From a virus (taxonomy: Duplodnaviria; Caudoviricetes), in the IMG/VR virus record IMGVR_UViG_3300015370_001127, positions 1 through 27,926 of that record: 27,926 nucleotides of DNA. The stretch is one strand, 5' to 3'. The notes under the pieces were generated by a model, which saw nothing but the letters and a program-made list of their open reading frames with translations, did not search any database and was not told where the DNA came from. Every line of letters begins with the position of its first letter. Position 1 is the stretch's first letter. Below are positions 1 to 7,852 of the stretch, piece after piece. Position numbers and translations under genes: made by a program.

Positions 1-116
1 GGGGTAACAGCCGGGCACTAAAATTTTGCGAAGAGAAAGTTGTGGCACTACGTTTATGGAAAGCTTAAAACTGCTTATAAATAAAGGACTTTGAAATCGG
101 TGGTGTTTAAGATGAG
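1..116. mobile_element. Possible terminus of an insertion sequence (IS1634/IS4-like) inserted in the recombinase gene
   Basis: Recombinase-like sequence stops after ..EMAADNRSL and becomes THLKHHRFQSPLFISS. The DNA ..TGTGGCACTACG..GGTGGTGTTTAAGATGAG resembles IS1634-type ends from recollection. No transposase or second end is visible. Confidence 0.3.
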
Positions 117-771
117 TGAGGGATCTGTTATCAGCCGCCATTTCCCACACAATCCGGATGTGGGGAGCGACTTCGTCATTAATAATAACTTTTTTTGGTT
201 GTTTTCCGTTTGGCAATGGATCGCCGTTCGGTATCAGTTTATATCCTATCGGAGTTTTCCCGCCAACACGTAGTCCTTGCCGGACCCTGGCAATGGCTGA
301 TGCCTTTACCCGCTCGCCTGTTAATTCTCTCTCAAATGCAGATAGCAAACCAAGGATACCAATTACCACGCGCCCGATAGCTGTTGAGCTGTCCAGGTTT
401 TCTCTTACGGAAACAAAGTCAACGTCTTTAGCCCGGAAAAGATCAATCAGCGAATAAAGGTCCCGGGGATTACGTGTCAAGCGGTCGAGACGGAAGAAGA
501 TTATTCCGTCAAACGACCGCTTTTTGTTTATCTGAGACAGGATTGATTGGATGCCGGGACGGTTGAGGTCTTTTCCTGAATAGCCGTCATCATTTATAAC
601 ACCTTTTTTGCCGAAGTTAGCAAGTTCGTATCCAAACGCATCTATCATATTTTTGCAATGATGGGCTTGGGCATCAAGTGTTGTAAACTCACCTTGGGCC
701 TGGTCATCAGTGGAACAGCGGGTATAAATTACATATCGTTTTTTCTCAGATTTTTTGTTGGGTGTTATCAC
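1..771 (-). CDS. Serine recombinase (resolvase catalytic domain plus start of recombinase domain); frame open to the window edge, probably truncated near 117
   Basis: Manual translation from GTG at 771 (AAGGAG RBS at 785-780): MITPNKKSEKKRYVIYTRCSTDDQ..DDGYSGKDLNRPG..FRLDRLTRN..LSAFERELTGERVK..GGKTPIGY. These are the canonical YxRxS, D-x-SG..RP, LDRLxR and ERE..ER motifs. Absent from the ORF track because it has no stop in the window. Confidence 0.9.
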   Translation of the reverse strand, partial: MITPNKKSEKKRYVIYTRCSTDDQAQGEFTTLDAQAHHCKNMIDAFGYELANFGKKGVINDDGYSGKDLNRPGIQSILSQINKKRSFDGIIFFRLDRLTRNPRDLYSLIDLFRAKDVDFVSVRENLDSSTAIGRVVIGILGLLSAFERELTGERVKASAIARVRQGLRVGGKTPIGYKLIPNGDPLPNGKQPKKVIINDEVAPHIRIVWEMAADNRSLTHLKHHRFQSPLFISSFKLSINVVPQLSLRKILVPGCYP

Positions 772-883
772 AAATGTATCTCCTTTTACAACAACCCCTA
801 TAACAAAACGGCGCACAAGTCAAGCGATATCAATGGGTTTTGTTTGTTCTGTGAAAGCGGCCTAAAATATAGGCATCTACTAT

Positions 884-915
884 GTATATCCCGATTTTTT
901 CTGCAGTTTGTCGCA
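884..915 (-). promoter_or_regulatory. 32-bp bipartite motif, copy 1 (faces recombinase); candidate phage-sigma promoter or operator
   Basis: Minus strand reads TGCGACA-aactgcagaa-AAAATCGGGATATAC. Confidence 0.65.
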
Positions 916-922
916 AAGAAAG

Positions 923-954
923 TGCGACATTTTGAGAAGAAAATCGGGATATAC
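923..954 (+). promoter_or_regulatory. 32-bp bipartite motif, copy 2 (faces ORF 972 and sigma gene)
   Basis: TGCGACA-ttttgagaag-AAAATCGGGATATAC, back-to-back with copy 1 and 17 nt before the ATG at 972. Confidence 0.65.
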
Positions 955-971
955 ACATAGAGGTGGTTAAT

Positions 972-1190
972 ATGGGGCAGCGGATAATAAACAATTTCGA
1001 GAAGCGGTTTGGAGGCCGGATTCGTATAGATTATACGCAAAAATCTTCCGCATCAGAAAAACGACTCCAAGACGGAGCTCTCTGTAAGGCAATAATAAAA
1101 GTGCTCTCCGGCATTTTAGGCAGAGAGCCTACGCAAAGAGAGATTTTAGGTATTGATGACGTTTCAAAAAACATAAGAAAGCGCAAATGA
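972..1190 (+). CDS. Small basic hypothetical protein (72 aa)
   Basis: ORF track 963..1190. The ATG at 972 follows a GAGGTGG RBS and motif copy 2. No family recognised. Confidence 0.65.
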   Translation: MGQRIINNFEKRFGGRIRIDYTQKSSASEKRLQDGALCKAIIKVLSGILGREPTQREILGIDDVSKNIRKRK

Positions 1191-1297
1191 TTTAAATCTC
1201 TTACATCCTCTGTAAAGCTATCTCATAACACCCGGAAGTCATTCATTACGTTGCTGTTTCTTTGCGGCAGTGTTAGAAAAACTAAGGGGGAGGTTTT

Positions 1298-1954
1298 TTG
1301 AATTACGGAGGATTGTTCGAGAGCTGGGAAATTGGGATCGCAAAGAAAATAATTAATGAGTATAGAGAAAAGTATAAAAGTTTAAAACTAGAGAGCTTTG
1401 ATGACCTGCTACAAGAATGTCTTATATGCTGGCTGAACCTTCGTGACAAATACGATCCCGGCCGAGAGGCTTCAAAGAAAACTTTTATGGCCGGGGTCAT
1501 CAGAAAAGAACTTGGTAAGATTGCTGAGAAGGCGAGAGCAGATAAACGAAAAACAATTTATGAAAGCGTTTCATTAGATAGCCCTCTTAATGATGATGAA
1601 GATAGCTCTACTCTAAAAGATCAGCTCCCGGCAATCAAAGATACCCCGCCCCAAATTGAATCATAGGGGGTTCATTCCCCGCAGCTTGCTGCGAAAAAGT
1701 TATCTGGGATAAACATTCGATACCCCGTAGCTTGCTGCGGGGTAGTTGATTCAGACCTAAGAATAGAACTTTCCAGAGTATATCAAAAACTCACACCTCA
1801 GCAAAAGAAGTTATGCAAGTTACTAAGTGAAGACGGCCTAAATATAAATGAGGCCAGTAAGCATTTTGGTAAGCATAGGAGCAATGTGTATCGAGAAGTT
1901 CTTAGAATCAGGGAAATCTTTGAAAAAGAAGGGCTTAAGAATTATTTGAAATAA
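1298..1954 (+). pseudogene. Phage sigma-70/ECF-like RNA polymerase sigma factor interrupted by a 90-bp in-frame insertion with a TAG stop
   Basis: 1298-1663 encodes a region-2-like segment (FDDLLQECLICWL..YDPGREASKKTFM..SLDSPL). The same frame resumes at 1751-1954 with a region-4 HTH (LSRVYQKLTPQQKKLCKLLSEDGLNINEASKHFGKHRSNVYREVLRIREIF). GGGGAGG RBS precedes the TTG start. Confidence 0.85.
1664..1753. mobile_element. 90-bp non-autonomous palindromic mini-element (IS200/IS605- or REP-like)
   Basis: Two copies of CCCCG(C/T)AGCTTGCTGCG (1677-1693, 1723-1739); the second is a full hairpin TACCCCGTAG-CTTG-CTGCGGGGTA. Flanked by near-repeats TTGAATCA (1656-1663) and TTGATTCA (1746-1753), 90 bp apart. 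Exact ends are ambiguous by a few bases. Confidence 0.75.
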
Positions 1955-1967
1955 TTTTTAAAAAGTA

Positions 1968-1999
1968 TGCGACATTTCGGGCAAAAAATCGGGATATAC
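1968..1999 (+). promoter_or_regulatory. 32-bp bipartite motif, copy 3 (faces replication/packaging operon)
   Basis: TGCGACA-tttcgggcaa-AAAATCGGGATATAC, immediately after the sigma stop codon and 17 nt before the ATG at 2017. Confidence 0.65.
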
Positions 2000-2016
2000 G
2001 AATGGAGGCGAATGAA

Positions 2017-2292
2017 ATGACGGATGTATGTAAATTCAAATTTCAGGAAAAGATAGGTAAAAAAACTATCGAGAAACAGATAGCCCGCGCGATTGAGACT
2101 GCCGAATATGCTTTTGGCCAAGCCAAGGTTAGGCTTCACGCCGGGTATCTGGCCACCAACGACAAGGCGGTCATCGATGCTTCGAGCGAGGTCGGCGAAT
2201 ACATCGCCCAGATATTCATCGGCTTAATGACCCGCAAACTCGGAGAGGATAAGTTCACCGTGGAAAGGATAAGGAGGAAAGAAGATCTATGA
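2017..2292 (+). CDS. Phage hypothetical protein (91 aa)
   Basis: ORF track 2002..2292. GGAGG at 2004-2008 favours the ATG at 2017. Stop overlaps the next gene (ATGA). Confidence 0.8.
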   Translation: MTDVCKFKFQEKIGKKTIEKQIARAIETAEYAFGQAKVRLHAGYLATNDKAVIDASSEVGEYIAQIFIGLMTRKLGEDKFTVERIRRKEDL

Positions 2293-2465
2293 AAGTAAAC
2301 AAGGGATGGAAAGACCTCTACAAAAGACTGAGCGGGTATAACCGGCAGAAGTTCATCGAAGCCAACCGGCCGCTTGGAAAGGATCCAAAAGAATTCATAA
2401 AGATGCTGATGTGGTTTCTGGCAGTTTTATTCATCATCGGCATCGTTTTGGTTATCGGGAGGTGA
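2289..2465 (+). CDS. Small membrane protein (58 aa, one C-terminal TM helix)
   Basis: Manual translation MKVNKGWKDLYKRLSGYNRQKFIEANRPLGKDPKEFIKMLMWFLAVLFIIGIVLVIGR. AGGAGG RBS and ATGA coupling. Below the ORF-track length cutoff. Confidence 0.75.
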   Translation: MKVNKGWKDLYKRLSGYNRQKFIEANRPLGKDPKEFIKMLMWFLAVLFIIGIVLVIGR

Positions 2466-2471
2466 TAACGA

Positions 2472-2693
2472 ATGGCTAACAAAAGGAAAGAATTATTAGC
2501 TTGGTGTAAGCAAAAAAGAGTTTTCTCGAAGGCAGACATAATAGCTTATGAAAGCAGAAACTATTACCTGCGGGCCGACAGGACTATCAGGGATTTTGTC
2601 CAGAAAGGCATAGTCAGGAAGCTGGATAAGGACGAATGCATCCGGCGAAACTTAAAAGGCAATATGGCCTGGTATGAATTTGTAACCACATAA
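2472..2693 (+). CDS. Small basic hypothetical protein, possibly winged-helix DNA-binding
   Basis: GGAGGTGA RBS. The pattern RADRTIRDFVQKGIVRKL is wHTH-like (inference). Confidence 0.75.
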   Translation: MANKRKELLAWCKQKRVFSKADIIAYESRNYYLRADRTIRDFVQKGIVRKLDKDECIRRNLKGNMAWYEFVTT

Positions 2694-2711
2694 ACATGGC
2701 GGCTCTAACGT

Positions 2712-3518
2712 ATGGCAAGAATCAGATATTTAAAACCGGATTTTTTTAAAGATGAAGATATAAAAGAACTTTCTTTTGAGGCGAGATTATTTTATCAGGG
2801 GCTATGGATTCAGGCCGACCGAGAGGGCCGGGGCGAAGACCGTCCGGAGAGGCTCAAGATAGAAATCATGCCTTATGATGAAGTTGATGCCGAAGAAATA
2901 ATGCGGCTTTTGGCTCATCATAAGAAGAACGGTAAAAGACCGTTTATAGTCCGTTATGAAATCGACGGCGAGAAATATTACCAGATAATCAACTGGCAAA
3001 AACATCAAAGGCCCCATAAGACAGAACGGGAGAGCGATATCCCACCGCCGCCTAAAGAGCTTTTAACCGTTAAGCAACCGTTAAATAACCGTTGTCCTAC
3101 AAATATCTCAGTTGGGAATGGGGATGGGGATGGGGATGGAAAAGAGAATGGGGAAGAGATAGTTAATAAACAGGCAGAGCCAGCTTCCGCTGTTTCTTCA
3201 GAAACCAAAGAAGCCTTGGATTGTGTATATAGCCAGGGATTCAATATCTATCAGCTCATCAATAAATTTAAGAAAGACGCGAAATGGCGCAAGGACGAGA
3301 ATATACCGGATGAGGTTTTGAGTAAGATATGCCAGCAGTATCAGAAAGACAAGGGTAGGATCAGCCAGCCTTATCCTTGGTTCATCAAAGTACTTAAGAT
3401 GGAAAGCTCGGCTTACTTTGCCCGGATGAACATCGAACAGAGTAAGAAATTCAAGAGGCAAGGCATTGGTAAGATGGCGGATATATTAAAGCAGATTCAA
3501 GAACACGCTAATGAATAA
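2712..3518 (+). CDS. Phage replication initiation protein (O-like/replisome organiser type)
   Basis: N-terminus MARIRYLKPDFFKDE..ARLFYQGLWIQADREGR..YYQIINWQKHQ is typical of phage initiators. Low-complexity central linker carries iteron-like DNA repeats. Confidence 0.8.
   Translation: MARIRYLKPDFFKDEDIKELSFEARLFYQGLWIQADREGRGEDRPERLKIEIMPYDEVDAEEIMRLLAHHKKNGKRPFIVRYEIDGEKYYQIINWQKHQRPHKTERESDIPPPPKELLTVKQPLNNRCPTNISVGNGDGDGDGKENGEEIVNKQAEPASAVSSETKEALDCVYSQGFNIYQLINKFKKDAKWRKDENIPDEVLSKICQQYQKDKGRISQPYPWFIKVLKMESSAYFARMNIEQSKKFKRQGIGKMADILKQIQEHANE
3065..3093 (+). repeat. Iteron-like repeats, candidate replication origin
   Basis: AACCGTT at 3065, 3076 and 3087 (11-bp period) inside the initiator linker. 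Confidence 0.55.
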
Positions 3519-3663
3519 CAGAAGAATAATGGAAAAGATATTCCCGACCATATTAATTGTGCTCGATATTACTTCAGCTGTTGTCTATGCCTGCGGTGGA
3601 GACATCAGGCGTATGATCTACTGGGTGGCGGCGGCCACGTTGACCGCATGCGTGACGTATTGA
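3511..3663 (+). CDS. Small hydrophobic phage membrane protein (50 aa; alternative start 3529)
   Basis: Manual translation MNNRRIMEKIFPTILIVLDITSAVVYACGGDIRRMIYWVAAATLTACVTY. Two hydrophobic segments; overlaps the initiator stop. Confidence 0.7.
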   Translation: MNNRRIMEKIFPTILIVLDITSAVVYACGGDIRRMIYWVAAATLTACVTY

Positions 3664-3668
3664 GTCGT

Positions 3669-3714
3669 GGGTCCTTCCCAGGGGGGCTTGGGCCGAGGGT
3701 CAGGTGAGGCGCAG
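3669..3714 (+). other. Putative cos site (cosQ-like GGGTCCT plus cosN-like segment)
   Basis: GGGTCCT at 3669-3675 equals lambda cosQ. About 22 nt later G|GGTCAGGTGAGG|CGCAG partly matches lambda G|GGGCGGCGACCT|CGCGG. It lies in a GC-rich intergenic gap upstream of the Nu1/GpA module. Confidence 0.5.
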
Positions 3715-3862
3715 TCTGTCAGTGATTTTGGGTTTTGAAAAGTGATGTCGTGGTCATATGGGGTGGAGGGCAGAAAAGCGGCAACCAGGGGGCAACACGC
3801 TTGAAATACGCTGTAAATAAAGGGGTTATGGACTTAGAATTTGTATTCAAAAGGAGGCAGAA

Positions 3863-5167
3863 ATGGCAAAAATCAACGTAAAACCGGACATTTTGGAAGT
3901 TAAAATGTCCGATTTAAAACCGGCGCCTTACAATCCACGGGAGATTTCGGATGGGGCACTTGCTGGCCTGCGGCACTCACTTGAGAAGTTCGGCCTGGTG
4001 GATCTCCTGGTGGTTAACAAGCGCAACATGCGGATTATATCAGGGCACCAGCGGTATAAGATTTTACAGCAGGAGGGTGTCGAGAATGTCACCGCAATTA
4101 TGGTAGACCTTGATGAGGTTTCTGAAATGGCCATGAATGTGACACTGAACTCTCAGGAGATTGTAGGGGAATGGACTCAGGCAATTATTCCTCTCTTAGA
4201 GAAATTGCGCACTGAGGCTTCGGATGATTATCTCGCACTTCGCATGAAGGAGTTGCGGGATGAGGTCTCGGAGTTCGAAGCAGAAAACACAGGAGCTGGC
4301 AAAACACTGCCCGATGATATCCCGGAGCCGCCGGAGGAACCTATTACTAAAAAGGGCAATTTGTGGATATTGGGAGAGCACCGGCTTTTGTGCGGTGATG
4401 CGACTTGTGAAGGAGACGTTGCAAGGCTTATGGCAAATCAAAAGGCAAGCCTGTTTGCAACGGATCCGCCTTATTGCGTTGACTATACCGGAGCCGATAG
4501 ACCGACAGGCGGTAAGGACTGGTCGGATGTCTACCGTGAGGTAGATATTCCCGACGCGAAAGAATTTATAAAATCTTTTTATAAAGTGGGACTGAATTAC
4601 ATAAAAGAAAACACGGCCCTGTATTTGTGGCATGCTTCGAAGCGTAAAGCAATAATCGAAGAAGTTTGCGATGAATTGAAGTTGTTGCTTCATCAGCAGA
4701 TTATCTGGGTAAAGCCCTGCGCTATACTCACCTATTCTTTTTATTCCTGGCGGCACGAGCCGTGTCTTTTAATGTGGATAAAAGGACAAAAGCCGCCTTA
4801 CCGGCCAAAAGACAAATCTATCGGAAGCGTCTGGACGATTGATTTATTAAGGTCAGGCGACCCAACAAATCCCGAGTATTACACAGATATCTGGGAGCTG
4901 GATTGGGAAGGCAAAAAAAGAAACACCGGAATTAAACATCCTACAGTCAAACCCACAGAGGTGTTCGCTATTCCCATGAGGGTGCATACTTCGCCGGGCG
5001 ATATCTGTTATGAGCCGTTTTGCGGTTCAGGTTCGCAGATTATTGCCGGGGAGCGTCTTAACCGGCGTGTTTTCGCGATGGAGATCGAACCTGTATTCTG
5101 TGATGTTACGGTTAAGCGATGGGAAGAATTTTCAGGAAAGAAAGCAATCTTGGAGGAAGGTCAGTGA
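3863..5167 (+). CDS. ParB-like N-terminal domain fused to DNA N6-adenine/N4-cytosine methyltransferase
   Basis: LKPAPYNPR..IISGHQR (ParB/Srx), HRLLCGDAT, catalytic TDPPY, HPTVKP, SAM-binding EPFCGSGS. AGGAGG RBS. Confidence 0.93.
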   Translation: MAKINVKPDILEVKMSDLKPAPYNPREISDGALAGLRHSLEKFGLVDLLVVNKRNMRIISGHQRYKILQQEGVENVTAIMVDLDEVSEMAMNVTLNSQEIVGEWTQAIIPLLEKLRTEASDDYLALRMKELRDEVSEFEAENTGAGKTLPDDIPEPPEEPITKKGNLWILGEHRLLCGDATCEGDVARLMANQKASLFATDPPYCVDYTGADRPTGGKDWSDVYREVDIPDAKEFIKSFYKVGLNYIKENTALYLWHASKRKAIIEEVCDELKLLLHQQIIWVKPCAILTYSFYSWRHEPCLLMWIKGQKPPYRPKDKSIGSVWTIDLLRSGDPTNPEYYTDIWELDWEGKKRNTGIKHPTVKPTEVFAIPMRVHTSPGDICYEPFCGSGSQIIAGERLNRRVFAMEIEPVFCDVTVKRWEEFSGKKAILEEGQ

Positions 5168-5823
5168 TAGAGAAGAAACAAAACCTGGCAGAGATTGCCC
5201 GCAAGAAAAGGCATCTTTATTTGATTGAGAAGATGCAAAGCAGAAAGGCTTTGTCTAATCAGGAGATTGCCGAGCTTGAGCAATTCGAGGCAGAGCCCCT
5301 GGGTTCCGCGGTCGTAAAGACAATGGAAGAAGTTGCCAGGATTATGGATGTTGCCTACAGGACTGTTCAGCGTTGGAAAAAAGACGGTATGCCTACTACC
5401 AGGGAAGGTTTTTATGATCTTGACGAAATCAAGGCCTGGTATGAACAGCGCAATGTAGACCAGACTGATGAGAGGGCTTATTGGAATGCGAAGATCCTAA
5501 AATATAAGGCAACTTTGCTTGAGTTGGAGGTTAAGAAAGCAACCGCCGAGTTGTTGCCCCGTGATGAAGTGGAGAAAGGCCGGATTGCAAGGATCATTGC
5601 GGTAAAAACATCTTTCCTTGCCTTACCGACAAGGCTTGCTCCGATTTTGGCGATGAAAGAACCCAGGGAAATTGAAGCCGAGTTATATGAGGCGATAATA
5701 GAGATTATAGAGGAATTTGCCAGAGATGATGATAGTGAGGAAACAAGACAGGAAAATCTGGACGCCCGAGGAGAAGCAGTCGTGGAAACCCCCGGAGAAG
5801 ATAACAGTCAGCCAGTGGGCTGA
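5164..5823 (+). CDS. Terminase small subunit (Nu1-like HTH plus coiled coil)
   Basis: HTH EEVARIMDVAYRTVQRWKKDGMP..YDLDEIKAW, then LLELEV..ELLPRDEV..FLALPTRLA. GTGA overlap with the methylase stop and GGAGG RBS favour start 5164. Confidence 0.85.
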   Translation: MIEKKQNLAEIARKKRHLYLIEKMQSRKALSNQEIAELEQFEAEPLGSAVVKTMEEVARIMDVAYRTVQRWKKDGMPTTREGFYDLDEIKAWYEQRNVDQTDERAYWNAKILKYKATLLELEVKKATAELLPRDEVEKGRIARIIAVKTSFLALPTRLAPILAMKEPREIEAELYEAIIEIIEEFARDDDSEETRQENLDARGEAVVETPGEDNSQPVG

Positions 5824-7606
5824 TCTTTTTCGTTATCTTAATCCGATTACTTCAGCTGAACCGGGCCGGTGGAAGACTCAAAGGACGTCTTATTTGGGAG
5901 GTATCATGGATGCTTTCACCGATCCCTTTGTTGAGGAAATAACTGTTATGGCCGCTTCTCAGGTTGGTAAGACCGAGGCCATGTTTAACATGCTCGGGTT
6001 TATTATTGATCAGGATCCGGGGCCTACGCTTGTGGTCCTGCCGCGCGAGAGTGACGCAAAGAGTGTTTCCTGTAATCGGGTTCTGCCTATGATCCAAGGT
6101 TCTTACGTTTTACGTCAGCATCTTCCCAGGCTTTCGGATGACATAACAAGACTTGAATATCACCTGGATAGAATGACTTTGTATTTCGCCGGATCGAACT
6201 CGCCTGCCGACTTAGCCTCTCGCCCTATCCGTTATCTTTTTTTGGATGAGATCGATAAATATCCGAAGTTCTCGGGCCGGGAAGCTGATCCGATAAAACT
6301 TGCCAGTGAGCGGCAAAAAACATTTTGGAATAAAAAAACAGTTAAAGTATCCACACCGACAACCAGAGATGGCTATATTTTTAGGGAGTATGAGAAATCA
6401 GATAGGAGCCGTTTTTATGTTCCCTGCCCTCATTGCGGCAAGTATCAGGTTTTGGTATTTAACCAGATCAAGTGGCCTAAGAGTGAGAAATCGTCCGAGC
6501 GCATCAAAAACGAACGTCTCGCCTGGTATGAATGTTGTCACTGTAACAAGCACATAAAAGATTATCACAAAAATAAAATATTGTTGCAAGGCAAATGGGT
6601 ACCGGAAGACGCCGAGCTTGATGATGACGGAAGTATTTCGGGAAATATCATCAGAAGTAAGCACAGAGGATTTTGGATCAACTCTCTTTATTCTCCCTGG
6701 CTTAGGTGGAGCGATATAGCAAGTGAGTTTATGAAGTCGAAAGATTATATCGAGCTTCTGATGAACTTCGTCAATTCCTGGCTTGCCGAGGTCTGGGAAG
6801 AAAAGATAGAAGAAACCACCGTCGATAAGATAAGGGTTCTCTCACGCGAATATGATCAGGGCACGGTGCCGGATGACGTGATTGTATTAACCGCCGGAGT
6901 AGACGTCCAGAAAGACCACTTTTATTATGTGATTCGCGGCTGGGGTTATTATGAAGAGTCCTGGTTAATCAGGGCCGATCGTGTCGAGTATTGGGAAGAT
7001 ATCGTAGATGTACTTTTCAAGACGGAATACAAACGCTTGTCGAACAATGATACTTTGCCGGTATACATGAGCTGTATCGATTCGGGATACCGCACTGACG
7101 AGGTATACCGGTTTTGCCGGGAATGGTCGGACAGGACAAAGGCTATCAAGGGACAGGAAGAACTTGCGGGCGGCCGCTTATATAGAGCTTCCAAGATAGA
7201 TATCAATTCAAGAACCGGCAGTGTTATCAAAAGCGGTTTGGTTTTATGGAATTTAAACGTCAGTCAGTATAAGGATAAAATCAATCGCCTGGTTGCGACT
7301 CGAGATCCTTATAAATGGCATATCTTTAGGAATCCAACCGATGAATACTTAAATCAATTTACCTCAGAGCATAAGGTTTTGGTGCGAAACAGAAACACCG
7401 GACGTGCCAAAGAGGTTTGGCAGAAGAAAAAGACGGCGATGGCAAACCACTATCTTGACGCAGAGGTCTACGCAGTTGCCGCGGCAGACATTATCAGGGC
7501 GTTAAACATCAGGAAAGACGAATCAGTTAAAGTGCACCAACAGATAGTCGATCAAGATACCAGCCGTGGAAATTGGATCAGGAAACGTGAAGGAAGCTGG
7601 CTTTAA
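5726..7606 (+). CDS. Terminase large subunit, lambda GpA family
   Basis: TVSQWAD..SAEPGRW, Walker A AASQVGKTE, Walker B YLFLDEID, VSTPT, CPHCG, LTAGVDVQ, IDSGY, NHYLD. Start 5717/5726/5729 uncertain. Confidence 0.96.
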   Translation: MMIVRKQDRKIWTPEEKQSWKPPEKITVSQWADLFRYLNPITSAEPGRWKTQRTSYLGGIMDAFTDPFVEEITVMAASQVGKTEAMFNMLGFIIDQDPGPTLVVLPRESDAKSVSCNRVLPMIQGSYVLRQHLPRLSDDITRLEYHLDRMTLYFAGSNSPADLASRPIRYLFLDEIDKYPKFSGREADPIKLASERQKTFWNKKTVKVSTPTTRDGYIFREYEKSDRSRFYVPCPHCGKYQVLVFNQIKWPKSEKSSERIKNERLAWYECCHCNKHIKDYHKNKILLQGKWVPEDAELDDDGSISGNIIRSKHRGFWINSLYSPWLRWSDIASEFMKSKDYIELLMNFVNSWLAEVWEEKIEETTVDKIRVLSREYDQGTVPDDVIVLTAGVDVQKDHFYYVIRGWGYYEESWLIRADRVEYWEDIVDVLFKTEYKRLSNNDTLPVYMSCIDSGYRTDEVYRFCREWSDRTKAIKGQEELAGGRLYRASKIDINSRTGSVIKSGLVLWNLNVSQYKDKINRLVATRDPYKWHIFRNPTDEYLNQFTSEHKVLVRNRNTGRAKEVWQKKKTAMANHYLDAEVYAVAAADIIRALNIRKDESVKVHQQIVDQDTSRGNWIRKREGSWL

Positions 7607-7849
7607 ATGAGCAGATGGATTGAAAGAAAAACTAACTGGCTTAAAAACGACAATTATGATAGTGGTTTCAAAGAAAAGACAGCGGGACGCCCGCCAAACA
7701 ATAGCGAGGATTACGGAGTCAAATTTATTCCGTTGAGGTGTCCGAAATGCAAGAGCAAAAATGTCCTGTGTTATAAAACAGACTTTCCAATCAGGTATCA
7801 CACATGTCAGGCATGCGGCTGGAAATTCAAATCGGTAGAAGCAAAGTAA
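7607..7849 (+). CDS. Ogr/Delta-like C4 zinc-finger protein (candidate late transcription activator)
   Basis: CPKCKS..IRYHTCQACGWKFKSVE matches the P2 Ogr pattern CPxC..RYHQC..C..TF. Confidence 0.7.
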   Translation: MSRWIERKTNWLKNDNYDSGFKEKTAGRPPNNSEDYGVKFIPLRCPKCKSKNVLCYKTDFPIRYHTCQACGWKFKSVEAK

Positions 7850-7852
7850 TTA

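Noticed and set aside
797-823. Possible sigma-70 promoter for the recombinase (TTGACT..TATAGG, minus strand)
   Set aside because: The spacer is only 15 bp and the -10 is poor, so it is not supportable alone.
91-1040. ORF-track entries 91..273, 116..457, 195..380, 658..960 and 798..1040
   Set aside because: They are shadows of the minus-strand recombinase or span the regulatory region, and show no recognisable motifs.
1664-1666. Genome-wide TAG recoding as the explanation for the sigma stop
   Set aside because: TAG ends other genes at sensible positions (12504, 15564, 21249, 21860). Reading through 12504 or 21860 does not fuse ORFs, and the long genes have no internal TAG.
1940-1956. AT-rich palindrome AATTATTT-G-AAATAATT at the sigma stop
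   Set aside because: The stem is all A/T and occurs once, so it may be chance.
3114-3139. (GGGGAT)n as a phase-variation tract
   Set aside because: The 6-bp unit keeps the frame and encodes a GD linker typical of phage initiators.
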